Assembly (NCBI GenBank): GCA_963729625.1
Contig: CAVSOU010000014.1
Location: forward strand, 129,350-193,349
From: an uncultured bacterium
Lineage (GTDB): Bacteria; Chloroflexota; UBA5177; JANWHV01
Reading direction: 5' to 3'
Length of the DNA: 64,000 nt
The position numbers and the translations under genes were made by a program. Of the stretch, positions 12,100 through 22,595 are shown piece after piece (the first letter of the stretch is position 1; each line of letters begins with the position of its first letter). A model generated the notes under the pieces. It ran no database searches, had not been told where the DNA came from, and saw only the letters and a list, made by a program, of their open reading frames with translations.

Positions 12100-13827
12100 A
12101 TGCAGAACGCACAGATCGCGGCAGCGCTCAATGAGATTGCTGCCCTGCTGGAGATGTCCGGCGATAACGTCTTCAGGATCCGCGCATACCAGAGGGCGGC
12201 TGAGACTATCGAGAATCTCAGCGGACCGGTTGACGCCGTTCTCGAGCGCGACCCCCACGGTATTCCCGGCATCGGCAGCGGCATTGCCGAACACATCCGG
12301 GAGATCGTGGAAACCGGTACGACGAAGCTGACCGCCGAGCTCCATCAACGATTCCCCCCGAGTGTCGTCGCGCTGATGAAAGTTCCTGGAGTCGGACCCA
12401 AGCTCGCGGCAAGGGTCTACCAGGAATTGGGCGTCAAAGACCTCGCGATGCTCGAGGCAGCCGCGGCGGACGGCCGCTTGGCCGGGCTCTCGAGGGTCGG
12501 CTCCAAGACAGCGGCGAGTATCCATCGAAACATCGAGGCTTTCAAGCGCCGTGGCGGGCGTACGCCGCTTGGCGTGGCTCGCCCGCTCGCCGCGGCGATT
12601 GTCGATGCGCTCAATACCGGCGGAGCGGTGCAACGGTTGACCGTGGCGGGCAGCCTGCGGCGATTTCAGGAGACTATCGGCGACATCGATCTTGTGGGAG
12701 TATCGGACCGGCCGAAGGACGCCATGGACCTGCTCGTCTCGCTCCCGGAGGTAGATCGGGTGCTGGGTCACGGCCTGACGAAGACGAGCGTCATCCTGCG
12801 CGGGGGGATCCAGCTCGACTTGCGCCTGGTCGAGCCCCGAGATTTCGGATCGCTGCTGCAACACTTCACTGGCAGCGCGCAACATAACATTCTACTGCGC
12901 GAGTACGCGGTAGCGCGCGGGCTCAAAGTGAGCGAGTACGGTGTTGAGGAAGTGACGACCGGTATCGTGCGCCATTTCGACGACGAGATCGGTGTCTACG
13001 ACGCGCTTGGGCTGCAGTTCATCCCTGTGGAGCTTCGCCAGGGGCGAGACGAGATTCGCCTCGCGGCGAGAGGAGCCCTGCCGGCACTCGTGGAGCCCGA
13101 GGACATCCAGGGAGACCTTCATATTCATACAGTTTGGAGCGACGGCGTCGCCACTATCGAGGATATGGTGCGGGCGGCGATTGCGCGGGACTATCGGTAC
13201 ATGGCGATTTCGGATCATTCCGGCGGCCTCGGTGTGGCACACGGCCTGAGCCCCGACAGGCTGCGCAATCAGGCGGCTGAGATATCGGAAGTCGCAGCGC
13301 GATACCCGCAAATACACATTCTCACGGCTTCTGAAGTCGATATTCGCGCGGACGGCAGCATGGACTTCCCTGATGACGTGCTTGCCGGACTCGATATCGT
13401 GATTGGCTCCATTCACTCGGCAATGAGCCAGACGTCCGAGGACGCGACCAAACGCTTGCTTCGTGCGATCGAGAACCCGCATGTTGACGTGATTGGCCAT
13501 CCGACGACGCGAATCGTGGGGGGGCGTGAAGGCGTGCCGATCGATCGCGAGGCAGTCTTCAATGCCGCGTCGCGTACGGAGACGGCGCTGGAAATCAACG
13601 CGAATCCGTCTCGGCTCGACCTCGGGGATGCGGACGCGCGCCAGGCGATTGCTGCCGGGGCCAAGCTCATCATCAACACAGACGCCCATGTCCAGAGCAA
13701 TCTCGACTACATGGAACTGGGAGTGCGGACTGCCCGCAGAGCAGGCGCACAGCATGGCGATGTACGGAACACGGCGTCGTTCGACGAATTGAAGGCCTGG
13801 CTGGAACGCCGGCAAACGCGTAGCTGA
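12100..13827 (+). CDS. polX: DNA polymerase X / PHP 3'-5' exonuclease
   Basis: AGSLRR..ETIGDIDL, QLDLR, HFTGS; PHP motifs DLHIHT, SDHS, GSIHS, GHPT, NTDAH. Confidence 0.95.
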   Translation: MQNAQIAAALNEIAALLEMSGDNVFRIRAYQRAAETIENLSGPVDAVLERDPHGIPGIGSGIAEHIREIVETGTTKLTAELHQRFPPSVVALMKVPGVGPKLAARVYQELGVKDLAMLEAAAADGRLAGLSRVGSKTAASIHRNIEAFKRRGGRTPLGVARPLAAAIVDALNTGGAVQRLTVAGSLRRFQETIGDIDLVGVSDRPKDAMDLLVSLPEVDRVLGHGLTKTSVILRGGIQLDLRLVEPRDFGSLLQHFTGSAQHNILLREYAVARGLKVSEYGVEEVTTGIVRHFDDEIGVYDALGLQFIPVELRQGRDEIRLAARGALPALVEPEDIQGDLHIHTVWSDGVATIEDMVRAAIARDYRYMAISDHSGGLGVAHGLSPDRLRNQAAEISEVAARYPQIHILTASEVDIRADGSMDFPDDVLAGLDIVIGSIHSAMSQTSEDATKRLLRAIENPHVDVIGHPTTRIVGGREGVPIDREAVFNAASRTETALEINANPSRLDLGDADARQAIAAGAKLIINTDAHVQSNLDYMELGVRTARRAGAQHGDVRNTASFDELKAWLERRQTRS

Positions 13828-13832
13828 CGGTG

Positions 13833-13841
13833 TGCTAGACT
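13833..13841 (+). promoter_or_regulatory. Extended -10 promoter (TGCTAGACT)
   Basis: TGnTAnnnT about 29 nt upstream of the ATG at 13870. Confidence 0.5.
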
Positions 13842-13869
13842 GGGAGTCGAAGCAAAAGGGAGTATCAAG

Positions 13870-14160
13870 ATGGCAACTTCGTCGCCGAGGGCAGCGCTAG
13901 CGATAGTGATTCCCCTGGTTATTGTTGCAGTGGGCGCGGTACAACTGAGGCGTCACGGCCCGGCCGGCGCCTCGGAGGCGGGCGCAAAGGTGGCGACCAG
14001 GGCGGCTACTGTCGTGAAGCAGAAGGTCACGCCGAAGAAGCATAAACCGAAGAGTTACGCGCGGTACTTTGTGATCAGCTTGCTGATACGGGCGCTCGAG
14101 CACGAGCGCTCACGCAAAGCCGTGGTCGGCGGCCTGAAGATAGCGCTCAGGCGCGCATAG
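13870..14160 (+). CDS. Small hypothetical membrane-anchored basic protein
   Basis: GGGAG RBS, N-terminal hydrophobic helix, Lys-rich. Confidence 0.65.
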   Translation: MATSSPRAALAIVIPLVIVAVGAVQLRRHGPAGASEAGAKVATRAATVVKQKVTPKKHKPKSYARYFVISLLIRALEHERSRKAVVGGLKIALRRA

Positions 14161-14189
14161 GGCGGCCGGTCCGACAGCGCGGCGCCCAC

Positions 14190-14924
14190 TTGTCCACTGT
14201 CTTCGGGTGCGACAGCGGCAATTGCTCGGGCAACGCGACTGCTTATCCCGTTGTCTCATTGTTCGACCGGGATGTCGAGGTCTATAATTCAGCCGTGCGT
14301 ATCGAACAGATTCCTGCAAGCTGGCAACGGGAGCTTGTTTCTCCGGCGTACATAGGTGGACCCGTCGTCACACTGCGACACATCTCCCTTGGTTTCAGTC
14401 GGGAGGAGGTCCTTCGCCAATTCCGTTGGGGCCAGGACGAGGAGCTTCAGTACTGGAGTGGGAGCGTTCCAAGCGCGACGACACTCCTACAATTTGAAGC
14501 GGACGTGGCAACGTGGTCCCGCAACCGCGATGCGCGGCGCGACCGCTACGCGATTCTCGACGGCAGCGACCAGTTCCTTGGCATGGTGAGCTACTACAAC
14601 TTGAATTTTGAGCAGCTCAATGCTGAGCTCGGCATCTACATCGGGGAGCGCGAATACTGGAGCAAGGGGATCGGCACCGAGGCCGTGCTGACGTTGCTGT
14701 CGCACTTGTTCAGAAACACCGATCTCGAATCAATGTACCTTACAACGTACGCATCTAACGTCCGGGCTCAGGCCTGTTATCGCAAGTGCGGCTTTGAAGT
14801 TACCGGTACGATGCGAAAGTTCAGTGGCCGCATTGGCTACTATGTGGACGTCCAGATGCGGACCACGCGCGCGTCGTTTCTCAACCGCTTTGGCCGGCGT
14901 CCGCTAACGGTTTACGGGCGATAA
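14190..14924 (+). CDS. GNAT N-acetyltransferase (RimJ/RimL-like)
   Basis: ELGIYIGEREYWSKGIGTEA, NVRAQACYRKCGF. The real start is probably downstream (for example a GTG near 14295). Confidence 0.85.
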   Translation: MSTVFGCDSGNCSGNATAYPVVSLFDRDVEVYNSAVRIEQIPASWQRELVSPAYIGGPVVTLRHISLGFSREEVLRQFRWGQDEELQYWSGSVPSATTLLQFEADVATWSRNRDARRDRYAILDGSDQFLGMVSYYNLNFEQLNAELGIYIGEREYWSKGIGTEAVLTLLSHLFRNTDLESMYLTTYASNVRAQACYRKCGFEVTGTMRKFSGRIGYYVDVQMRTTRASFLNRFGRRPLTVYGR

Positions 14925-14950
14925 TTGAGTTCTTGCGGTTGGGGAGCACT

Positions 14951-16540
14951 ATGGGTGATGCACGTGTCCAACAAATCATTGGCGTTGTGCGCAAGGGCGA
15001 GAGCGGGCAACTGGTAGACCTCGCGCAGGTCGCGGTTCGCCTGCATCCGGTTGACGACGTGGCAGTAGCGATCGTGGATCTTGCGTCCGGCACGAGCGTC
15101 AACGGCCCGTTTGGAACATTTTCACTTGCCAGGCTGGTTCCGCGGGGCCACAAGCTTGCGTTGCGCCCACTGGCGTCCGGCGAGCCGGTGCGACGCTATG
15201 GCCAGACGATTGGCTTCGCCTCGATCGCTGTTGCCGCAGGCGACCACGTGCACACGCACAACCTGGCGGTACAGGGCTTCAACCGCGATTCGGCGTTCGG
15301 CGTGGACGTTCGGCCGGTTTCCTTCGTGCCCGCCACAGAGCGCCGCACGTTTGAGGGATTTCGGCGGGCCGACGGGCGTGTGGGGACGCGCAACTACATT
15401 GCCGTAATCTCCACCGTGAATTGCAGTGCGACCGCGTGCAAGAGAATTGTCGAACGATGTCGTGCGGGGGTAGGCGAGCGTTTTCCGCATGTGGACGGCA
15501 TTATTGCGCTGACTCATCAGGGTGGGTGCGGCGCGCGGTATGGTGGCCCCGAGCTCGAGCAGCTGCAGCGTACTCTAGCGGGCTTCGCGCGGCATCCTAA
15601 CGTGGGCGGGTTCATCGTCGTTGGACTTGGGTGCGAGGTCAATCAGATAGAGGACCTCATGGCTCACCATCGCTTTGGCGAGAATACGCCCAGCACGCTG
15701 GTAATTCAGGACCAGGGTGGTCTTGCGGAAACAGTCGGTGCCGGAGTCGACGCGGTTGACGCGCTGCTTCCTATCGTGGACTCTTGCAGGCGAACCACAC
15801 AATCCGCGGAGAACCTGATGGTGGCGTTGCAGTGCGGCGGCAGCGACGCATGGTCGGGTGTGACCGCAAACCCTGCTCTGGGATTCGCGGCGGACCAACT
15901 CGTCCGGCAGGGAGGCACGGTCGTGTTGGCCGAGACGACAGAGGTCTACGGTGCCGAGCACCTGTTAACGCGCCGGGCGCGAAGTCGGGAGGTCGGCGAC
16001 GCGCTGCTGGAGCGGATACGCTGGTGGGAGAAACACACGGCGGCCCACGGATGCGAAATCAACAATAATCCGAGTCCCGGCAACAAGGCGGGTGGGCTGA
16101 CCACGATCTACGAGAAGTCGCTGGGCGCCATTGCCAAGAGCGGCACGACTCCGCTGAACGCGGTCTACAGGTATGCGGAACAGGTTAGGGAAACGGGCTT
16201 CGTGCACATGGACTCGCCAGGCTATGACCCCGTTTCGGTCACCGGCCAGGTGGCAAGCGGATGCAACGTGGTCGTATTCACCACCGGCCGCGGATCAGTG
16301 TTCGGGTTCAAGCCGGCCCCTTCAATCAAGGTAGCGACTACCACCGACCTGTATAGCCGTATGCCCGGCGATATGGATGTGAACGCAGGACGCATCCTGG
16401 AAGGCGCGTCAGTAGACGATGTCGGCAGCGACATCTTTGAGCGCATTCTTGCCGTGGCCTCCGGAGAGAAGAGCAAGAGCGAGGCCCAAGGCGTGGGAGA
16501 CGAGGAGTTCTGCCCCTGGATCATAGGCGCCACGCTCTAG
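14951..16540 (+). CDS. uxaA: Altronate dehydratase family protein (UxaA/GarD) with SAF domain
   Basis: GHKLAL, HVHTHN, GRVGTRN, LQCGGSD, NPSPGNKAGGLTTI.EKSLG, FTTGRGS. Confidence 0.9.
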   Translation: MGDARVQQIIGVVRKGESGQLVDLAQVAVRLHPVDDVAVAIVDLASGTSVNGPFGTFSLARLVPRGHKLALRPLASGEPVRRYGQTIGFASIAVAAGDHVHTHNLAVQGFNRDSAFGVDVRPVSFVPATERRTFEGFRRADGRVGTRNYIAVISTVNCSATACKRIVERCRAGVGERFPHVDGIIALTHQGGCGARYGGPELEQLQRTLAGFARHPNVGGFIVVGLGCEVNQIEDLMAHHRFGENTPSTLVIQDQGGLAETVGAGVDAVDALLPIVDSCRRTTQSAENLMVALQCGGSDAWSGVTANPALGFAADQLVRQGGTVVLAETTEVYGAEHLLTRRARSREVGDALLERIRWWEKHTAAHGCEINNNPSPGNKAGGLTTIYEKSLGAIAKSGTTPLNAVYRYAEQVRETGFVHMDSPGYDPVSVTGQVASGCNVVVFTTGRGSVFGFKPAPSIKVATTTDLYSRMPGDMDVNAGRILEGASVDDVGSDIFERILAVASGEKSKSEAQGVGDEEFCPWIIGATL

Positions 16541-16591
16541 TATTGCATTGATGCAGCTTGACTATCGCCACGGCGCGTGAAGGGGTATCGC

Positions 16592-17383
16592 TCAAGCGTC
16601 CAGCGTGCTGAGTACCTCGTAGCCGGTTTCGGTAATCGCCACCATGTGCTCGAACTGCGCGGATCGCCTCTGGTCCTTCGTGCGGACGGTCCAGCCGTCC
16701 GCGAGGGTGACGGTGTCCGGCGTACCCTCGTTGATCATCGGCTCGATTGTGAACACCATGCCGGATTTCAGCACGAGACCGGTTCCATGGGCGCCGAAGT
16801 GCGCTACGCTAGGCTCCTCATGCAGCAGATGGCCCACGCCGTGGCCCACATAGTCACGCACGACAGAGTACCCGCGAGACTCGGCACAGCGCTGAATAGC
16901 GAACCCAATGTCGCCGAGGTGCCGGCCTGGACCGCACGCCGCAATGCCGAGATCCAGACACTCGCTCGCGGTCTCCAACAGACGTCGCGCACGCGTGTCG
17001 ACGCGCCCGACCGCATATGTGACGCAGGCATCGCCCACCCAACCATCCAGCAGGACGCCGATATCGATCCCAACAATGTCACCGTCGCGCAGGCGCGCGT
17101 CCGCGGTGGGGATACCGTGGCAGATTACCTCGTTCACTGCTACACAGATAGAAGCGGGAAAAGGGATGCGCTGGCGAGCCTTTCCGTGTCCAGGAGGCGA
17201 ATAGCCCTTGTAGACGGGCAACGCGCCCCTGTCCCGAATGAATTCCTCCGCGATGCGATCCAGGTCCTGCGTTGAGACGCCCGGCACGACGAGTGGCTGC
17301 AACATCTGGTAGGTTTGCGCGACGAGCCGGCCGGCTCTACGCAGGCCATCGATCTGTCGCTCTGATTTCAAGATGATGCCCAT
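16592..17383 (-). CDS. map: Type I methionine aminopeptidase
   Basis: VNEVICHGIP, GIDIG..D, GHGVG..LHEEP, FTIEPM, SAQFEH. Confidence 0.96.
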   Translation of the reverse strand: MGIILKSERQIDGLRRAGRLVAQTYQMLQPLVVPGVSTQDLDRIAEEFIRDRGALPVYKGYSPPGHGKARQRIPFPASICVAVNEVICHGIPTADARLRDGDIVGIDIGVLLDGWVGDACVTYAVGRVDTRARRLLETASECLDLGIAACGPGRHLGDIGFAIQRCAESRGYSVVRDYVGHGVGHLLHEEPSVAHFGAHGTGLVLKSGMVFTIEPMINEGTPDTVTLADGWTVRTKDQRRSAQFEHMVAITETGYEVLSTLDA

Positions 17384-17613
17384 CGTGCTGCCGATCTACC
17401 GTAATTCGAGCTAGAACTGCTCTCGCGGACGTACGTGCGGTCTCGCGCGAGGTAACGACGTCTTGAATCCTGGGTTCCGGGCTATTCCCCGGTGTGTCAC
17501 CCTTCAGTTCCGGAGGGCCACGGCGTCACCCCATTGTACCGTGGGGACGCCAGAGCGGAATGCAGGCGCCGCCAGAAAGCGGGCCTGCCGTTGTGTGCTA
17601 CGATCACCGTGAT

Positions 17614-18315
17614 ATGGCTGACATGGTTGCCGATACGCCGTCGAGCGTCGCCGCTCCGTGCGAACTGGTTGTCGACGAGTTGGGCTGTCTCGATTACGAG
17701 GTTGCTCTCGAGCTGCAGCGCAAGCTCCATGCCGCGCGGGTAGCTGGAGAGCGCGTGGACACGTTGCTTCTTCTTCAGCACCCCCATGTCTACACGCTGG
17801 GACGCAACTCGGATCCTAGCCATATTCTCGTTGGCGAGGCCTATCTCAGGGCCCACGGGGCGAGCATTGCGCGAAACGAGCGAGGCGGTGAGGTAACGTA
17901 CCACGGGCCCGGCCAACTGGTGGCCTATCCGATCATCCTGCTCCGACAGGGCGAGCGCAGCATCGCCCAATTGGTGGAACGCTTGGAGAAGACGACTATC
18001 GGGACTCTCGCTGAGTTTGGACTTCGTGGCGTCCTCGTCGCCGGCCAACCCGGAGTGTGGGTGGGCGACAGGAAGATCGCCAGCATCGGCATGGCAGTGC
18101 GTCGCTGGGTCGTGATGCACGGTATGGCGCTGAACGTCGATCCTGATCTCGCCTACTTCTCGTTCATCAACCCGTGCGGCCACGCGGGCCTGCAGGTCAC
18201 GAGCATGACGCGAGAGCTCGGTCACAGTGTGCCACTCGATCGGGTATCTGAAGCTTTTGCCCGGCACTTCGTCTCGATCTTCGAGCGCGTGAGGGTGGCC
18301 GGAGCTCACCCGTGA
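17614..18315 (+). CDS. lipB: Lipoyl(octanoyl) transferase
   Basis: QHPHVYTLGR, RGGEVTYHGPGQLVAYPI, KIASIG, HGMALNV, INPCG. Confidence 0.93.
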   Translation: MADMVADTPSSVAAPCELVVDELGCLDYEVALELQRKLHAARVAGERVDTLLLLQHPHVYTLGRNSDPSHILVGEAYLRAHGASIARNERGGEVTYHGPGQLVAYPIILLRQGERSIAQLVERLEKTTIGTLAEFGLRGVLVAGQPGVWVGDRKIASIGMAVRRWVVMHGMALNVDPDLAYFSFINPCGHAGLQVTSMTRELGHSVPLDRVSEAFARHFVSIFERVRVAGAHP

Positions 18316-18330
18316 ACGGTCGAGTCTTCC

Positions 18331-19176
18331 ATGCCGGCGATTGAGCGACCGGTCGGCGACGTCGTCGTCGGGGTCGTCGGAGGCGCCGGCCACATGGGTG
18401 GCTGGCTCAGGAAGTTCTGGGAAGAGCGAGGTGCTCAAGTGATCTGGAGCGACCGCGAGACGTGCCTTTCCAGTCAGGCGGTAGTTGAGTCTGCGGACAT
18501 TACCTTCGTCGCCGTTCCTCTCGGTGAGACGCCGGCAGTGTTGCGAGAGCTGGCGCCGCGTTCAGCCGAGGGGCGGTGCCTGGTGAGCATCGCGTCCCTT
18601 ATGGAGCCCTCGGCACATGAGCTGATTGCCGCGCGCGGCGACTCGTTGTGCGCCCATCCAGTGTTCGGACCGACCGTACGCGCCACCGAAAACCTTCGTG
18701 TGGTGATTTCCCCGGTGCGTGGCGACTCCTGGCGGCGATGGCTAGCCAGGACCCTGCGGGTCAGCGGCATGCGCGTCCGGGAAAGCAGCCCGGTGGAGCA
18801 CGATGCGTCTATGGCCATCGTGCAGGCGTTGCTGCACAGTAGCTTCGTGGCCCTCTGCGCGGTTATGTCGGCGTCCGGATTCCCGCCCAAGGAAGCAATC
18901 GATTGGGCAAGTCCGACCATGAAGCTGCAGCTTGGCCTGGCGGCGCGGATCCTGAGCCAGGACGCCGAATTGTACGCCGACCTGGTCGTGCTGAACGAGC
19001 ATGCTCCCGCACAGCTGGACGGGCTCGCAGCGCAGTTGCACCGCCTCGCCGACATTGCGCGAAGCGGCGATCGGTCCGCCTTCATCGACTCGTTCCAGGC
19101 GGCGCGCGCCAGCTTCGGCGACTTGCTCGGCGATCTCGCGGATCGCGCGGAGACTGCACTTGAGCACCTTCCATAG
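18331..19176 (+). CDS. tyrA: Prephenate/arogenate dehydrogenase
   Basis: GGAGHMG Rossmann motif, HPVFGP, EHDASMAIVQALLH. Confidence 0.85.
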   Translation: MPAIERPVGDVVVGVVGGAGHMGGWLRKFWEERGAQVIWSDRETCLSSQAVVESADITFVAVPLGETPAVLRELAPRSAEGRCLVSIASLMEPSAHELIAARGDSLCAHPVFGPTVRATENLRVVISPVRGDSWRRWLARTLRVSGMRVRESSPVEHDASMAIVQALLHSSFVALCAVMSASGFPPKEAIDWASPTMKLQLGLAARILSQDAELYADLVVLNEHAPAQLDGLAAQLHRLADIARSGDRSAFIDSFQAARASFGDLLGDLADRAETALEHLP

Positions 19177-19467
19177 TTACACAGCAGCCGGACTTGGACG
19201 ATGTAGCGAAACTCCATCGCGCTATGGAGTCTCACACGCTAGGTCCGGCATTTCGACGCAAAGCGCGGGTCGAACAGCCGGCTCGACCGGCGCGGGGCAA
19301 GGTTGCAGGACGGCGTGCGGCCCCATCGCGGCTGGCCGCCGAGTCGGGATGAATCCCGCCGCCTGGCGATGTCGAGACACTCCGCGGGCTGAAGCATCGG
19401 GGCCTCGCAGCGCTCGCCGCCAAAAACGGCAGCCTGGGGCGCCCGCGCGAAGGGTGGTCGCGCTTTC

Positions 19468-21177
19468 GTGACTCCGCAGTTTCAGGCTGGGATGGCACCA
19501 CGACCGGCCGGCACGGATAGTGTCCTGCTGGACGTGGCGGGCCCTCCCGATGATCGTCCACGCGGCGGTCTCGCGCCGCGCCAACCAGTCGTTCAGTCGC
19601 CGCGTCAGGACATGCTCTGGGCGGCTGTTGCGGCGGCCCTCATCTTGCTGGGCCTTGCCGTGCGCGTGGTCCTGCTCCAGAGATATTACGTTGTACCGGA
19701 TGCCGACCAGTCTGTTCTTGGCCTTATGGCTCGGCACATTCTGCAGGGAGAAAGGCCGGTGTTCTACTGGGGCCAGAGCTATACCGGGAGTGGCGAGGCA
19801 TATCTGACCGCCGCGCTCTTCCGCTTGCTCGGGCAATCCAACCTTCTTCTACACGTTGTTCCGCTGGCCGCGTCGACCCTGTTCACCGCGTTGACGGCAG
19901 CACTCGCGTGGCGGCTCTACGGCCCCGGCATAGCCGGGCTTACCTGTGCCTTCCTTGGTGTCGGGCCGATGCTGCTCGTGGGTTGGAGCCTTTGGGCGGG
20001 GTCGGGGTACCTGGAATCGATGGCGGCCGGCGTCGCTGCGCTATTGCTTGTCCTGCAACCAGCGGGTAAGCGTCTGGGCGCCGGAAGCCTTGTGAGTGCG
20101 TTCTTCCTTCTGGGCCTAGCCGTCTGGATTCAGCCTACAGGTGTGTATTACCTCGTCTCCGTCGCCGCGGCCCTGACGGGACGCATCGCACGCGCGACAC
20201 ACGAATCAGAGACCTGGGCAGCACGGATTGCGATTGGCGTCTTCGTGGGATTGGCATTCTGTGCCGGAGCGTCTCCACTCATCGTCTATAACCTGCAGCA
20301 CGAGTGGGCGACGTTCGCGTTCTTATCGAGCCACTCCACGGACGTGGCGGCGTTGACTGTGGTCGCGCGAACCGTCTTGTGGGCCGGTCCGGTGCTTACG
20401 GGATTGTTGCCACCGACTACCGACCGATCGTATTTCTTGCACTTCATCCTCGACCATCTGCCACTCTACGGCGTGTCCCTTGCCATCGTTCTCCTCCTCC
20501 TATTCCGCGTCCTCAGCCTGTGGCGGCTCGCGCTACGCCGTGTCCGCGTCGCGGCGCCGGGAGACTTGGCTCTGGTCGCGCTGACCATTGCCGTACTTGG
20601 TGGGTACCTTGGCACCGGTTGGGGCGGGGAGCAGTGGTCGGGATCTCAACCCAGATACCTGCTGCCGCTCTATTCTGCCGTGCCACTGATCATCCGGCTT
20701 TGTATGCCACTTACGCGGAAACCGTGGCATTGGGCGGTCGCGTGGATTGCCGTGGTCGGGATTGCGGGCGCCGGAATCGCGGTGAACACGACGAGCTTTG
20801 CGCGAAGCGACGTTGCTCCCCTCGGCGTGATGCTCGAAGATAACAGAATACGCGCAGTATATGGCGATTACTGGCTCGTCTACCCGCTTACGCTTTCCAG
20901 CTCGGAACAAGTGGTCGGCGTCGCCGTGAACGACAACCTCAGCAAGGGCCTGTTGAGCAACCGATACAGCCCGTACCTGCGTGCCGCGGCCAGCACAACC
21001 GACTTTGCCTGGATCGCGAGCCGCGCCAGCGCACGTGAAGCTAGCATTCTCCGATGCCTCACGCGTCTGCGAAGTCGCTACACGGTGCTACGGTGGCGGG
21101 ACCAGGTGATCTACGTCCGCCCAACCGGCCGCGCGTTTCCCTGGTGGAATGGAGGCCGCTGCTCAACGACCTCTTAG
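19468..21177 (+). CDS. GT-C fold membrane glycosyltransferase
   Basis: DADQSVLGLMARHI..G..PVFYWGQSY.GS.E, many TM helices, PRYLLPLY, YGDYW..Y. Confidence 0.75.
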   Translation: MTPQFQAGMAPRPAGTDSVLLDVAGPPDDRPRGGLAPRQPVVQSPRQDMLWAAVAAALILLGLAVRVVLLQRYYVVPDADQSVLGLMARHILQGERPVFYWGQSYTGSGEAYLTAALFRLLGQSNLLLHVVPLAASTLFTALTAALAWRLYGPGIAGLTCAFLGVGPMLLVGWSLWAGSGYLESMAAGVAALLLVLQPAGKRLGAGSLVSAFFLLGLAVWIQPTGVYYLVSVAAALTGRIARATHESETWAARIAIGVFVGLAFCAGASPLIVYNLQHEWATFAFLSSHSTDVAALTVVARTVLWAGPVLTGLLPPTTDRSYFLHFILDHLPLYGVSLAIVLLLLFRVLSLWRLALRRVRVAAPGDLALVALTIAVLGGYLGTGWGGEQWSGSQPRYLLPLYSAVPLIIRLCMPLTRKPWHWAVAWIAVVGIAGAGIAVNTTSFARSDVAPLGVMLEDNRIRAVYGDYWLVYPLTLSSSEQVVGVAVNDNLSKGLLSNRYSPYLRAAASTTDFAWIASRASAREASILRCLTRLRSRYTVLRWRDQVIYVRPTGRAFPWWNGGRCSTTS

Positions 21178-21565
21178 GGCGGACCAAACTTGCGGGGCGA
21201 AATCGAAGTGCCGACCACTTGTCGTCGACCGCGACCCGACTGACCGGTCTCCAATCGGTCGGTTCCAATGCCTGCCAGCAAGCCTCGCGGCTCAGGTCGG
21301 ACGACCCAGGAGCCTTTACCAAGCAGAGCAATACTGCTGTAAGTGGCCAAGAGCGATCACCAGTGCGACAGCTGACTTCCAAACTTCTGTTCACTATGTG
21401 ACAATCTCAACCGATTCAGTGCATACTAGGAAGCGGCTGGGACCGGTGCGGACCTGTGCTCGGTTTGACGGCTCTGGGTGAGTTGGTGCGTGATGCCCGA
21501 TTCTTCGCGCGACGCACGGCTGCACTCACTTGCTACATGGCGCTGATCGGAGAAGGTGGCTGGGC

Positions 21566-22573
21566 TTGGAACGTGCGCGACTCTTTCTTGGTGCTGACGG
21601 CGGCTCTTCCGGCACCCGCGTTCTCATAGTCGATTGGTCAGGGAAGGCGCTGGGTCTTGGCTTCGGCGGCAAGGCAAATCATGCATCGATCGGCTATGCA
21701 ACGGCCGTGGCCAACGTGATGAGCGCCACGGGACAGGCGCTGAGTGCGGCTGGGATTGCCCTTCGCGATATCGAGCGCGCGCATTTCGCGCTTGCCGGTG
21801 ATGACGTACAGGACGACGATGCAGGATTGACCTCGCATCTTGTCCAAGCCCTGCACGGCGTCCCTTTTGAACTCTCCAATGACGTCTGGGCGGGGCTTCG
21901 AGCGGGCTCGATCGACGGCACGGGTATCGCCGTCAATTGCGGCAGCGGAGCCGGCGGCGTAGGCAGAAACGCAGCTGGCACGCGCGCAATGATCCCGGAT
22001 CTCGGCTACGTATTCGGAGACTCGGGGGGTGGAGAGCAGATCGCGAACGACGCTGTTCGTGCCGTGATCCGCGCTTGGGATGGCCGAGGACGTCCCACTG
22101 CGCTGACCGAGGCTGTACTGGAGCAGACGGAGCAGCCATCGACCGAGGCCCTGTACCTCGCCCTCTATCGGGGTGTGGTCGACCGGCCGTTAATCCGGAA
22201 GTGTACTCGTCTCGTGTTCAAAATGGCGGCGAAAGGCGACGCCGTTGCAATCGAGATCTTGCGACGAATTGGCGACGAGTTCGGCGTGACGGCTTCGGCT
22301 ATCGCAAGAAAGCTGGGCATGGAGCATCAATCGTTTGACTTCGTCCTGGCTGGTGGCGCCATACGTACCCTGAGATCGCCGTTGATTGATGCCGCGGCAG
22401 GACGGCTGGGTTCGGTTGCTCCAGGTTGCAGGCCAACGCTGCCGAAACTTATGCCGGTGGGAGGCGCTGCCCTGCTCGCGCTCGAACGCGCCGGAGTCAG
22501 TGTCACCGCTAGCCATTTCGACTATCTCGCGAGCCAGGGCCACGGCTGGCATCCTGAGGAAACGTTCAACTAG
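21566..22573 (+). CDS. BadF/BadG/BcrA/BcrD-type sugar kinase (GlcNAc/GlcN kinase-like)
   Basis: LGADGGSSGTR, SNDV, CGSGAG, GYVFGDSGGG. Confidence 0.85.
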   Translation: MERARLFLGADGGSSGTRVLIVDWSGKALGLGFGGKANHASIGYATAVANVMSATGQALSAAGIALRDIERAHFALAGDDVQDDDAGLTSHLVQALHGVPFELSNDVWAGLRAGSIDGTGIAVNCGSGAGGVGRNAAGTRAMIPDLGYVFGDSGGGEQIANDAVRAVIRAWDGRGRPTALTEAVLEQTEQPSTEALYLALYRGVVDRPLIRKCTRLVFKMAAKGDAVAIEILRRIGDEFGVTASAIARKLGMEHQSFDFVLAGGAIRTLRSPLIDAAAGRLGSVAPGCRPTLPKLMPVGGAALLALERAGVSVTASHFDYLASQGHGWHPEETFN

Positions 22574-22595
22574 CACAAACGCGGGGGTGGCACAG

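Noticed and set aside
19211-19230. Hairpin ACTCCAT-N6-ATGGAGT after tyrA as an intrinsic terminator
   Set aside because: Only a 7-bp stem with no U-tract; too weak to call.
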